Origin: Convolutriloba macropyga
Taxonomy: Eukaryota
NCBI RefSeq assembly: GCF_964194025.1
Contig: NC_134482.1
Location: 40,734,001 to 40,798,000, forward strand
DNA length: 64,000 nt
Reading direction: 5' to 3'
This document shows positions 1-12,694 of the stretch, piece by piece (positions within the stretch are counted from its first letter, which is position 1; each line of letters opens with the position of its first letter). The notes beneath the pieces were generated by a model, which did no database searches, was not told the origin of the DNA, and was given only the letters and a program-made list of their open reading frames with translations. Made by a program: the position numbers and the translations under genes.

Positions 1-515
1 AAAAGAAATCCAATTTTTGGCGCATCATTTGATAGCAGCATAGAAATATTGATATCGCCTACAATAAGTGAATTTTTGAACAACAGCACTTTCTCCTCAA
101 TAAACGATGTTAACTCGCTTAAAAAGACACGAACATTAGTATTTGGTCGACGGCATATACAAACCAAAAGACACACTGACTTGCCCTGCGTAAATTCAAG
201 AAAAGCCACCTCCGCGTTTGTAAAATACTTGTTTGAAAAAATATCGACACGTAAAAATCTATCAAATAACACCGCTAATCATCCGCCACTTTTTTCTTTT
301 CTGTTTGCACTTAAGTAATAATAGCTATTTGGGAAACACTGCTGGAGATAAAACTCATCATTTGCGTTATCTTTGATCCACGTTTCTGATAAACTTATGA
401 GGTTAAAATCATTAGCTTCAATAAGATTTCTTATTTGCCAGGTCTTGTTGCGAACCGATCTTGCGTTATGTAAACACACTTTTACACGGCCATTGACAGT
501 TTTGAAATTTGATAG
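1..515 (-). pseudogene. LINE ORF2 N-terminal AP-endonuclease remnant
   Basis: LHNARSVRNK, ISLSETW and RKEKSGG motifs, followed by a premature stop at 279. Confidence 0.85.
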
Positions 516-522
516 TCATGTA

Positions 523-1316
523 TCAAAGGAGGCTAGCCATTCCCTCGCTTTCTGATTTAAATAAAATCGTGAAAATGAAACATTTTTCGGGCCAGAAATC
601 GGGAGATTCAACTTGATGATTATCGAAATTGAATACACAGTGGAAAGCGTTCAGACAAGAATCCTCCCTAGATATTTCAAGGATACACAGTATATCAGGT
701 CCCCTGTTCTTGTAACATTCTCTTATATCATCCGTAGAGACAGAGTTGCTTAAACGACCAATGTAGAGATGCCGTCTTTTCTGTGGTCTTTTAATTGCAC
801 TGACTGCCGTCTGATGATTAATATTTCTGCCCGTATTGAAAACTTTTGGTTTCCTGTCGTGAGACTCTTTGCCGGCAAGCACATTTTCATTGCCTTCAGC
901 TTTTCGTTTCTTTGAATTACGATCACTAGCAGTACTGTCAGTCCGATTTCTGAAAGCAGCTTAGATACGGGTAATCCGGTTTCTTCAGAGAATTTATCTC
1001 CAGATTCAGTGATTGAATTTCAGAAGTCAGCGAGTCTACTTTCTCTAATTTAACTTCGAGAGCAGATATTCGATCATGGGCTGATAACTCTGTTGTAAAA
1101 GTTGGCAAACAACTCGGACAAAAATATCATTCCAATGCAACTTGTTGTCTGAGCAATTCCAAGGCACGATCCATGAACACATTCAGATTTACATCGACCG
1201 CAGATAACGCGTTCTTCTTCTGTACATATACCCATGCACACAGTGCATGGCGGATCGGATGGGGGAGGAGGCGGGGACAAAGACGTCATTGTTTGGGACA
1301 AATAAAAACAGTTCAA
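523..1316 (-). pseudogene. LINE ORF1 remnant: N-terminal PHD finger and C-terminal RRM-like domain, frameshifted
   Basis: CTVC..CGRC..HGSC in ORF 1074-1316, with the last CPSC in a shifted frame (tat ttt tgt ccg agt tgt), completes C4HC3. ORF 523-882 has HLYIGRL...SPDFWPE, typical of LINE ORF1 C-termini. Confidence 0.8.
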
Positions 1317-1499
1317 AGACTGCAGTAAGCGCTGAATAAGTCATAATTAAACGAATAATCTAAATCCCTTTATCTAAATAAATAACTATAAGACAATTAA
1401 ATCAGTCGAACAAATGCCGAGAACCCTCGCGCCAAATGTTGACTGAGAGAATAACCTAATGTAACCAAAACTCAAACAATTGCGAAGAATACTTGCACA

Positions 1500-1830
1500 A
1501 AAAGCTTGATCTCGGAAGTCAGGACTTCAGTGTTCGTTAAACACTACACCGTTTGCAATAGTCGAATATGAAGCGTACAAGTTTCCTCCGCCGGAATCTG
1601 AAATCCCCGGTAACTGGGGCTACCAAAACAAAGTCCGGCCTCTGATACAACAGTAAATAATTACAATCAAAATTAAAACAAACAAAATTAAATAGCCTCC
1701 CGGGTGCACGTGGAGACTATTTAATAAGTTTATCACTACAATTAGGCTAAACTATTTATCACAACAATGTTGAACACCATTCCATTGTTACTAGAAACTA
1801 TGCTGTGCCCTATTATCAAAACCTAAAAGA
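1500..1830 (+). mobile_element. Old LINE 3'-end fragment
   Basis: tgc acg tgg aga cta = CTWRL, the ORF2 C-terminal motif seen in other LINEs in this window. Homologous to 12759-12791 and, inverted, to ~31405, ~33778 and ~36040. Confidence 0.5.
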
Positions 1831-3759
1831 GGGTGACTGGCCCCAGAGGCTGAAAAATGACAGATCTTCAAAAAATGTAAAAATTAGTATCAATTGGCGT
1901 ATTTGTTTTTGTAGTTACAAAAAATATAGCTCAGAAAAAGGTCATGACAAGTAATTTCTTCTTGAAAAGAGCCTTCATTAACTAAGTTCAAATTAAGTTA
2001 AAAAGTTCAAACTAAGTTTAATCCAACCAAAAATACAAAAGGAAAACTGCACCAATTTGAGCCCGAAAAATCCTGAAAATGAACTTTTAACCTTAAATTA
2101 AGGCCATCCAAGCAGCTGCACCACTCTAAGCACTTGAAGTACTACTAAAGCCCATTTTGGGCTTCTATTGGAACTTAATGCCCGCTGGGCTTTACCTGTT
2201 TATCCTGTTTTGAAAGATCAAATTCATTGAAAAAATGTGAAGACATCTTAAACAAACACACCGCCCCAATACAATCCAAAATCTTTGAATTATAAAAATA
2301 TTCCGGAAGAAAAGATTATCTTAATTGAGACAAAGGAAACTTAACAGAGAATAATTTGAACAAAACATAAAACTTTTTTCAAATTGTCTCAGCACAAAAA
2401 CAAAGAGAAAACAAGCTTTCAAATCGAGACAATTTCATTGCTCAGAAAAACTCGGACAAGCCAAAATAATCGCAAAAAGCAACTCAAACTTTGAGTTACA
2501 GCGAAAAACCAAGAAATTAAGGAATTCTAATACTTTTTTGCAACTTCTTGTCAAAATTTAAAACAAAACGTTACTTGGTATCAAAGAATCTGCACTTAAA
2601 TTGTAATAGAAACTGCCCAAGAGCAATAAGCTTAATTTCGGTAATGAGTATAAGCAATCCTACATTAATGGGCCAAAAATTGCTAAACGCCTTCAAAGCG
2701 GAGAACACATTGAAAAACCTCCAAATTAGCGTAAAACTCCCTTCAATAATAATAAACTTTGAAACGCTATCAAAACAACCTGAAAATTATAACTTGAGCC
2801 TTAATTAACCTTTTAGACAACATTGAAATTTTAAAACAGTCGACAGATTGCCGTAAAATAGCGACCGCTGACGCGCTAGACGCACATCGGGATTGAAGAA
2901 AAAATGCAATTTTTTCCTATATTTCAAAATTTGTTATAACTCAACGTGCTGTTTCAGTTAGATTCTAAACCTATATTTACTTAAGTTTCTAAACAGAAGG
3001 GTATTAGGCTTCATACTAATATCAGCTACCAATCGCTCTAATAACCTAATGCACTATGACTGAATGACCGGACTTTATCAGTTTAACCCGTTTCTTTTGA
3101 TTTTGCTCATTTGACATAGACCGTATTCATTGCATTGCGTAATTCAATGCGTGAAATAATTTAGAATCCATTCAGTTGAAACGTGATTGAGGTATGTCAG
3201 AAGTCAAACGTGAAAACTATGTCAACTAAAACGAAAAACGTGATCAAAAGGTAAATCAAAATAAGAAAAATCAGAGCGCATAAATAATAGCCATATGGGG
3301 AGCTGACGGCGGCTATTATAAAGCAATAAAAACAGCTTGAAAAAGCCGCAGACTAACAAAAAAAATTGCTCTCTTACCAAAAATTTTTGACACCTACTTT
3401 TAAACTGTTTCATACAAGGGCATGAACAAAAGAACCACTCTCTCTTTTCTCCGGTCTTGATTTTTTCACTCCTGAACTTGCTCACTCATTTAAAAACACA
3501 TTGCCGGAAGAACTCCGGAAAAGACTCGAAGATAGCTTCGCCAAAAAGTCAACCTGACAAAAATCTAGTTTATGATTGCAGTGAGCATCAAAGAAAAAGA
3601 AGACTATCTTAACCTAGTTTCTGATCACAATGAGCATCAGAGAATAGAGAACACTAACAAATTGAACAAAAAAAAAACAAAAATTCAATTAATTTTTCAA
3701 TCTGTACAAGTACAAATACAAAGGGAAAACAACATTAAGTAATTTAGAAAATTTAGATG

Positions 3760-6570
3760 CTCACATAAATTCGGAGAAGCAAAAAAGCATAAATTACTAA
3801 ACACACCATAGGCATTATCAACCTCAGTTACACGTTTAAAACCGCGGCAGCCTCAGACATATAATTGCACTGCATGAGACAGCGAAACTTATCTTCGTTC
3901 AAATGTATGTTATTGTGTCCGAGTAGGTGTCGTCCTCTTTTTCAGAGAGTTTTTGCAGCCAGTTGCTTTATAGTTCGTGTTGCAGTGAGTTCTGCATCTC
4001 TCATGCAGAAAAACACGAATGGAACAAAACTACTTGCTATTTTATTTGTAAAAGCTTTCGCCTTCGAGCAGCGGAAGTGAATGGTCAATTTCGACGTCAC
4101 AGCGCACGTCATGCATTATCTTCGCAAACGTGTCTAATTTTGTTGTACCGCATGTGTGTACATCCCCCGTTTGCACAATGGAGGGCATGAGTTAGTGTGA
4201 ACTTTTCTCCAATAGGACAGTAGATAGGCGTACTTTTTATTCAAGATTGTACCGAAACACAAACCGTCGCGCACTTTGATTTTATCAACATATTACCGTA
4301 GCGTTTCAGTGTCAAGGCTGTGATCCAGTTCGAGTCACCTTTTTCTGATGGCAAGCCAGCAACGTAACGTTTGATTTCGGGTAGCTTGCGTGGAATATAG
4401 TTTTGCCAGCTTCCAACTTCCTAAGTCAAGCGTTGCAGCTGTCTTGCGTAATCCTATAGCGACCAGAGATACAGCATAGTCAATGTCGTATTCTGTTGGG
4501 CCCCTGAAGTTGATTTCGCCCTCCAGGGTTGGTAGCGAACACAAATGACGCGGGTCGTCTGTGAAGGGATAGTCACAGAACGACGGCAACAATATTTGAA
4601 CATTTTCCTTTTGGTCCAAGAAAACGTTCTGAGCGTTAATTGTGGCGTGCAAGGAAAGCAAGTTTTTGATGAACAGATCTAGTAAATCATGAGGAGTTTC
4701 GCAAAATTTTTGGGTTTTCGCACTTTTTCCAAATTTATAATGTTGACTGGAGGAAGTTGCTAAAAGATTCACGCGGCAGCCGTCTAAAAAAATCAGAATC
4801 AGTTCCTTTGGAAACTTCGTGGGTTCTAGACTTTCGAAAGGTCCGTTACAATCAATTGGCATTTTGTAGCATCCACTATGTCTCTAATATGCTTACCAGG
4901 ATCGGATAAACCCGTGAAGAAATTCAACAGGATTTTTCAAACCTCCTACAGCACTGCCATTGTCCGCATTACATTTTTGAGTTATGCTTGAGTTCCACGT
5001 GAGGTCAATCAAAGGGAGTATGGCTATACCCGTTCATTGCCATGGCAATAAGTTCTCCCTGGGTGGTGCCTTCTTGAGACTGCAGGCAACTCCGGGCCAT
5101 AAACAGGTCGGATGGGGCCGTGTACAAATTTGTGAGCAACACAGCTCAAAGCAGGGCAAACTTATCTGATATTCTCTATTTTCCAAGAGCTAATTTACCA
5201 TTGAGGCAATGGAATGCATTTCTGGCGTCTATTAGGAGTACTGTTTGGTTTTCAGCGGTCTGCATTAATATGGCAGACCGCATTGAATGTATGGCATATT
5301 CAATCCGCGCTTTTGGCCTAGACAGAAACGGCTATTGCCTCTGCAGGTCAATTTATGCACTTCATGATACACTTCAGTAATACGGCGGAAGACTTCTCCA
5401 ACGCCAATTGGTCTGAACCCAGGGTTTTTGCTCAGGGTTATGTGATGACAAACGCTGTATGCTGCCAAATGTTTAGAATTTTTTCGGTGGCTAATCTGAT
5501 GGCAATTTTAGATAACGTTGCAATTTTGACTGATTTCTCTTTGAAGCATGTCAAAGTTTGTCTCCGTTCGCTTGCGTCCAAAAAGGACGGACCGTGGATG
5601 CCATGGGTTTTCACTGAAGCTTTTATGATTGCCGTTGCCCCTATGTTTTCAATTATAGATGTGTGGCATGGAATGGAAAGCTCGGGGGTCATCAAAAAAG
5701 TTTAGATTGACTGGAGAGTGCTGTGGGAGTTTTTCATGGAGTAGTTCAAGTACAGTGTTTCCTCAGATTTTATACTGTGAGATGATCCCTGATGAACTCT
5801 CCTGTTAAACACATAATTGCGTTCAAAAATTTTCTTGTCTCCGCGAACAATTGTTTCGGCTCAACCTTCTTTTCGCTTGCATTTCTTCTACAAAGCTTGT
5901 TTTGCAGGGCTTTGCTTTCAAGAAAAAGTTGGTCAGGTTGACTTTCACACCACTGTTGAAGCCGCCTAGATAAAAAGTAATCGTCATTGACCCGTGGTTT
6001 AGTTTTCACGCATGGGAGAATCAAGTGTGGAAAAATCGCTGCGACCCTGATAAGGTACAAAATTTTTTCTTTTCTTGAAAGCAATTCAAAATTTTGACAA
6101 CACAATAGACAAATTTGAGCCCCACTTTGTTTTTGTTGAGCAAAATCTTCTTCGATGCTGGGACGAAACCGCAATCATCATTGGATAGGGTTTCGTCACC
6201 CGGTGAGGTGTTTGTCAGGTTTTTCAAAACGATCCACACCTGTGGCGTTCGAGAACAAAGAAACTTGTGTATGGGACTGTTCTTCTTGATTGTCGCTTGA
6301 GTTATGCGGAGATTGACATCTGGGACAACGGAATCCGGGAGGGTGGTCAAACAAGCGCTTTAGGCTGTTACAACGTACGTGAAGCCAACCGCCGTCATGA
6401 TGCTGCAGTAATCTGTCTGATCTATGAATACTTCATATGCAGGGCCAGACTCGCATTTAAGGACATTGCGGGAGGGATAGCTGGGAAATTTAGAAAGGAG
6501 CAAATGAATAGTTTAGGAAATTTAATATTCGTGCGAAAGACTGATTATCACATGAGAATTTGTGAGGTTG
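3760..6570 (-). mobile_element. Decayed CRE-clade non-LTR retrotransposon (RT + Zn knuckle + restriction-like endonuclease)
   Basis: Motifs in order: PHLIL...RRLQQW (5770-6174); GFRPIGVGEVFRRI; LLIDARNAF; SQEGTTQGE.IAMAM; degenerate active site CNADNGSAVG for WYADD (~4950-4975); CPIGEKFTLTHALHCANGG..HMRYNKIR (~4135-4225); C-terminal KISFAVSCSAIICLR (~3855-3895). Many stops and frameshifts. Confidence 0.85.
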
Positions 6571-6571
6571 A

Positions 6572-6960
6572 TTAGAAAACAAAATAGTATTGAGGAACAA
6601 TAAAATTTGACGGGTCAAACTTGACATATATTAAATCAAACAAACAATGCCAGACAAAAGTGAACTCATTGGGGGAACTTCTATGATAACAGTTTTCAGC
6701 TTTCGAGAGGGGTCTAGCAAGAGAAGGTCTCTTAAAGTAGCTTCTCCGTATAACTAAACACAGGACTTCACAGCTCTGGGATACAAGTAATTTGTTCATG
6801 AGTTTCCCAGAACAAGTCTCTCAGACCACCTTGACATCATCTTGACGTGAAATAGTTCAGGTACAGTTTTAGTTCTGAAAGGGAATCTTTTTGCGATGTG
6901 GCCTTTAACACAAGGGCACTTTGTAGGCTAAAATCTATTTTATAAACTTCCTTATCGGTT
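6572..6960 (-). mobile_element. Highly decayed CR1-type ORF2 C-terminal fragment
   Basis: Weak resemblance to the post-RT region of the other LINEs here; no clean motif. Confidence 0.35.
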
Positions 6961-8109
6961 CTTCCAATTTATGTTGACATGTTTTTATTATTAAATTGCC
7001 TTCATTTGTCTCTATTTTGGAAATATCTCGTTGAAAAATAAGCATTATTATTAAGTTTTCACATTTTAAAAAGCAGAAACGAACACTGCTATTTTGTCTT
7101 TGCTTTTACCCATGAAATGAAACTGGTATTTTTGCGCCATGACCTTGAACATCACATCAGCACTAATCTATAAGACAAATTCATTTAAGATAATGTCATC
7201 AACGCAATAAGAGAATACATTCTCTTATCTCCGATCAAAAAATCTACGAAATTTCAGCCTAAAATAATACAAAAAAGCTTTCGACAATATAGTCCTTAAT
7301 GAATTTTGGATCGAAGACAAGTAAAATAAAAATTTCCGTCAAGTAATTTTAATACAGAGATAGCCAGAGTTGAGCTCTCGTAACAGTAAATCTTTTCAAA
7401 AGGACTCTTTTGACATAAAAGAGCTAAGCGACTATTTCCAGCTCTGTTAGAATTCAGTAGATTACAAAATTGGACTTTCTTTAACAGATCTGCCTTGAAG
7501 AGCAATCAGCAAGGGCACCACCGCGGTAAGTTATAAAACACTAAAAAAAAAAGTTAGGTCATAGGACCAAAGAACCCTGAAGACTGCACTCTTTTCAAAA
7601 AAGCCCCCCCCCCCCCCAATAAAATATTGAACCGATATTCTCTCCTAAGTTACCTGAGCACTGTTTTCAGGGTGAAATGCATATTAGTTTACTGTTAGTC
7701 TCAAATTACAGAACTAACCACCACGCCGATACACAGTTCCATCTGCTGTAGTGTACTGCACAATCTCAGGTCCATTGACCAATTGTTTAATTACATATAC
7801 TCCTCCGCATCTGGATTCAAATACCTCTTCGGACTGTAATTTCTCACAGCCCTCTCCAACCTCCATATATTGTCACTCAACAATGTCAAATCAAAAACCG
7901 GTCGTCAATTCATTTGACCTCAAAAAAATAACATAATCAAGTCAACTCAAGATATGATGTAAAGCAGAATTAATTTCAGCCGAAAATATTGCCTAAACAC
8001 TAAATATTGCTTATATGCGTTATGAAAAGGTAGTAGTAGTAATAATAATGATAATTTGAATTTACAACATGTTGAAGGGACTCTCGTCCCGAACTAAAAG
8101 TTTGAAATT

Positions 8110-10778
8110 TCAGCCAATACAGATTTCAATCAGAAGCAATTCTCCATGAACAAAGGTTGTTTTCGCTAAAGTTTTCAGTGAAGTATCGCCAGAATATTCG
8201 AAGTAACGATGGTTTCAGCCCAATAGGTCTTGTAATGTCAATAGATGGAAGAAATGATAATAGTCGAGTTGTGCGAGCAAAAAATTCGTCGTGGGATGAG
8301 TCAAATCGTGGTTTTCTGAAACTCGGAATTCTTCTATTTTCTCGTCTGGGTCCGTCCTTCAGAGATATGAAGTCCTGAGATCGTATGCTCCATTGCATAT
8401 CTTAGTCAAAGTGAGAACGTCCAACATTTGAAGGTAAAGAAGAATTGGGAGCACCTCCAGAAAGACTGAGCGCTCTTTGTAGTCACTGATGATTTGGCAG
8501 AATCCATTTCGTCGCGCGACGCTTGAGCAGTTCTAACTTCCTCATGTCGCCTATTGAAGCGTACCAACAGGGCGATGCGTAGCTGATGACAGCGACGACT
8601 GTGATATTGTGCAGATTGAGCTTCGCACTAACTCTCAGCTTGATGGAGACGTTCCTCTTAAGCAGATTGAGTGATCAGTATGCCTTGCCAAGCCTTCTGG
8701 ATGTGTTCTGACCATGACAGATTTGAAGAAACTATGAGGCCCAAGTCCCAGTGACTATTCACCGCGCCGATTGACTCGCTGTCGTCTGTCATGAGGAACA
8801 CACTCACGAACAAATCATTGAGAGCTTCGGTAAGATCGTTTATGTACACCAAGAAGAGCGGTCCTAATCTAGAGCCTTGGGGTACACCGCTGGTCACTTT
8901 CCTTTCTCATTACTTGGCGTCGTCGGTTTGAACAAATTGTCTTCCATCGTGTAGGTAGCTTTCGATTATTTGGAGCAATCGACCACTAACTCCTAGAGCT
9001 TGAAGTTTTGCTAAAAGAATGGAATGATCCACTTTGTCGAAGGCTTTCTTCAGTTCTAAGTAGACAGCATGAGTTTCAATCGAGCTGTCCTTGCTCTGCG
9101 CGATTTTGTTCAGAGAGACCAGAAGCTGGAGTACAGATGATCTGCCTCCTCGAAATCCGAACTGACACTCGAAGATTTAGGGTTAAACGATTTTGAGTAG
9201 TTTGTCGTAAAAGCATCTCTCAAAAACTTTGCCGACACAAGCTAACAAAGCAACTGGGCGACAGATAGCGACCTTGTCTTTGGCTCCTACCTTGTGCAGT
9301 GGCTTAATGCAAGAGATTTTCCAGCATGTAGGTAATTTGCTTGTCTCTTTTCTGAAGATGTAGGACACGGACTGGGCTAACCCTTCCGCGCAACCTCGCA
9401 GGAAACATGGGGAAATACCGTCAGGACCCGTTGCCTTAGTGTTGTCGAGCTCTCTTTGTATTACGCATACTTTCTCAGAACTTGTGTCAAAGTCACCAAC
9501 TAGTGAATGTTGGAGGTTCTCAGTTTTGCAAGTGCCTCTTGGGTTGTACACTGAGATGATGGACTCATTGAACGCGTTGGCTTTTTCTAGCGCTGTTCTG
9601 GTTTTCTCGTCTGCTAATTTCATTACAAGCGGTAGAATAGGTGCCCCTTTGACTCGCTTCAGATGTTTGAAGGTTTTCTCTGTAGAACGTCTAGCAAAAA
9701 GTTTGTCTGGATATTCAGATAGATCCTCCTCAGACATGCGCTCCACATCAGTTTTCAGCTGAGCAACTTTGTGTTTCTGATTTTCAGTTATTATGCCTTT
9801 TTCAGCTCGGTTTTCTGCGGTTTTGAGCCACCTGATGACGTTGGAAGGGGTTGGCCTAATCAGTTGAGGCAGTGATGTTCGATGTGAATTTTTTCTATGA
9901 ACAAAGGTGTCCAGTTTGGGTTCTAACCATTCGTGCCAATGTTGAACCATCAGCGACGGGTTTGTCCAGTAGTATGGAATGCATGGATCTTCTGTCAGTG
10001 CTTTTAGGATACTCTCTTTGTCCATCTTCTTGAAGTTAAAGAGGCATCTGCGTGTCGTTCTGTGTGAGCCATTGGACATCAACGTGTGCATAAAGAGCGG
10101 TTCGTGATCTGATTTTGGGCTGTCATCCAAAATTGGTGACGAATATGTGATGACAGATACGATAAGTGATGGGCTATTTGATAAGCATACGTCAAGAATG
10201 CGATAATTTGTCTTGTTTGATTGAGTGAGATTTAAACCTAGAAAGAAATCAAAACACTCTTGCTCGTAATAGTTGATGCTCGACATTTCGTCCCAGTTGA
10301 CTGTTGATAAATTAATTTCCCCAGCAAGGATAATGGGAACCATAGGATGCACAGAAAAATGTGTGCTAAGAAGAGAACGAAAGAGGGTGGAGGGCCAGAG
10401 GTAATTTGAGTTGCGTGGAGGATTATAGACAAAAAGAATAATAAAAAAAATTTCACAGGTGATGTGAACCGTAGCGAAACAGAAGCCGCTGACAATCATG
10501 TTCACAGGGAATGTAACTTCTTCGAAGTAAATTGAAGAGCGAATTCCAATGAGGACTCCTCCATGTTGTCCAGGATCTCTTCCACTTCTAACTAAATAAT
10601 AGTCGGGTTATAAAAGTTACCCATCTTTAAAAATACAACTACTGTCAAGCCAGGGCTTGCGTAAACAAAGAATGTCAAATGTGTTCAGTGATATAAAATT
10701 TGCAAAGTACTCTCCTCTTCGGGTGTCCATGAGACTTCTCACGTTGTAGCTAAAAATTTGACAAGTTTTGTTCTCTAG
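8110..10778 (-). pseudogene. LINE ORF2 (APE + reverse transcriptase), several frameshifts and deletions
   Basis: YNVRSL, HGGVLIGI, VYNPP, LAGEINL, ILDVCL, SDHEP; KATGPDGI, CRPVALL, KAFD, TSGVPQGSRLGPL, DLGLIVSSNLSWSEHI; C-terminal NLCSWRI. Confidence 0.92.
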
Positions 10779-11695
10779 TCAACCTTTTGGAGTCTCTTCA
10801 GAGCTCAGGTTTTTCACTTCGACTCCGTCAACAAACAGTTTTAGATTGTTTATATTGATTCTGCTCGGTTTGTTTGCGTTCCCCGTTTTCGTGAAGAATT
10901 CTCGTCGGTTTTTGAGGATGCGTCTCTCGAGATTCTGATCTTTTTCATTCAGGCTCGGGAAAAGAAGCACACTCCAGGCTTCAAAACTCCTTAAGGTTTT
11001 GGACTTCGCGAGAATCTTTCGCACATCCCAGATGCTTTTGAGGGTAACCAACATTGTTCGTGGTCGCGTGCAGTTGGGGTCGTGCTTTCCAATTCGGCGA
11101 ATGTTTTCCATTTTTGGGGATTCTTCCAGAAATTCCAGTTCAGCTTCGTCGTTATGCGATTCGTGTTTGATCGCAGGGTTATCAGGCCCGTGCTTGGTTG
11201 CTTCTCGACTGCCGTCAATTCTTAGTTGGTGCTGAATGAGCTCAGCTTCTGCTGATAGTTTCTCTTTCTTAGACTTTTCGTCGTGCTTCTTCAAGGGTGA
11301 TGTGACATCCTTTCTTGAGTTAGCTATTTCGGCTTTGACTTCGCGGATGTTTGCCTTTCATCATTCTTTTTTATCAGGGTCTGGGTAAGTCCTTCTTTGA
11401 CTTTAGACAAGGTGGCGAGGACGGCCTCGTTAATTTTTGCAGCGACAGATCTCTGCAACTGATCCTTCACGTCATTCAGTGTCTCGGAGATTGTATTTAA
11501 CTGCCTCTTCGTTTGGGTTTCTTTCTCACTCAAAACACTTCCTAGCAGCGACAGTGTCTCTCTCAATAGGTACTCGAGAGATGTTTTCTTTCGACGGCTT
11601 ATAAAGGTTTTCAGTTCGTCGTCATCAGCGGAAAGCAGTTTTTTAATCGTCGGGTAGTACTGAGGAATAGATGGGAGTCTCTTTTTTTCCGACAT
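10779..11695 (-). pseudogene. LINE ORF1 (coiled-coil + RRM/CTD-like), one frameshift near 11330
   Basis: ATG at 11695; heptad-rich QLNTISETLNDVKDQL; shifted frame AEIANSRKDVTSPLKKHD joins ORF 10779-11294, which contains IRRIGK...RPRTMLVTL. Confidence 0.82.
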
Positions 11696-11764
11696 TTTTG
11701 GGGTAAGCTGGCGATACCTACTGGAAAGTATCACGAGCTTTGGGCGGAGTCTAGGGGATAATGA

Positions 11765-11930
11765 CTGGAGCGAATGAACCGCTATTCCTACCTAAAAGAA
11801 TCACAGGAGCTATGCTGCAATTCCTACTTAAAGGTTTCACAGGAGCAAATGAGCTGCGATTCCTACCTAAAGGTATCACAGGAGCAAAAAACAGGAGATA
11901 TGTGGTTCATACTGAGAGGTTTCACAGGGA
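11765..11930. repeat. About 3.5 tandem copies of a 36-39-bp monomer between ORF0 and ORF1
   Basis: ggagcaaatgagctgcgattcctacctaaaggtatcaca-like unit repeated; partial copy at ~12024-12045. Confidence 0.85.
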
Positions 11931-12057
11931 ATTTTCTCAGAAGAAAGATAACTTAGAAGAAGACGTAAATTGATAGAAGGCGGTAAATAGATATACAGAA
12001 AGAATATAAAAGGGTTTCGAGCTTACTACCTAAAGGCGTCACAAGAAAGGAACTCAA

Positions 12058-12694
12058 TCAGTTGACCTCAGTCGTAGCTGAGGCCGAAGCTTGTTCCTCT
12101 TTGTACTTGATTGCACGTTTTCTTCTTGGGGTCAATCTCTTCTTCTTGTTCGGGATCTCGTCCAGACAGTCTTGACTTTGAGTGATTGTTTGAAGACTGC
12201 TGAGTTCCAGTTCTCGATTGATATGAAGTTTGCTGAGGTTGCTCACGTAGTCGTCGTTAGTGCGCTTTCTGTGAGAGAGGATATCTTTGATCACTTCGTT
12301 AACGAGGAGATCGGTAGTTTTGAGCTCTTTCAGGATGTCAGGGGTCAATTCAAGTCGAATGTATACAACTGCTTTGATACGATCTTCGAACTGGGTCCAT
12401 AAGTTGATCAACTCTTGGGGAGACAGGAATGAACCGTTGGCTGGGTGCTTAGAAACTGAATTGTTGATTAAGTCCGGCCACAATATCACGTCTCTCTTGC
12501 CTTTGAACTTCTCGGTCAACAAGTTATGGGCAAGCTTGTCTAAGTTTGGTTGTCGAAAGTTGAAACTGAGGCCGGGGATTGTTTGTGTAGGTGTCGTCGG
12601 GGCTGATGGGAATGACAATTTGTTCGAGCTTCCGTCGTTTATTAGTATTCGGGAAAATTGCGTGGTGCAATGAACTGGCTGCAAGTACTAACAT
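12058..12694 (-). pseudogene. Upstream ORF (ORF0), divergent SGNH/GDSL-hydrolase-like protein with basic C-terminus; probable single frameshift
   Basis: 208-codon open frame. An ATG at 12694 in another frame gives MLVLAASSLHHAI; then IPGLS, VILWPDLINNS and LSKLHI follow in the order of SGNH blocks I/II/III/V; C-terminal KKKRLTPRRKRAIKYK. Confidence 0.55.

Larger units (their letters stand above)
1..1450 (-). mobile_element. 5' part of a decayed CR1/L2-type non-LTR retrotransposon (ORF1 plus start of ORF2); runs off the left edge
   Basis: Collinear PHD/RRM-like ORF1 followed by APE endonuclease motifs on the minus strand; 5' boundary approximate. Confidence 0.85.

Noticed and set aside
1575-1650. 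HDV-like ribozyme near a LINE 5' end
   Set aside because: Only a 6-bp gccgga/tccggc pairing; P2, P3 and P1.1 could not be built.
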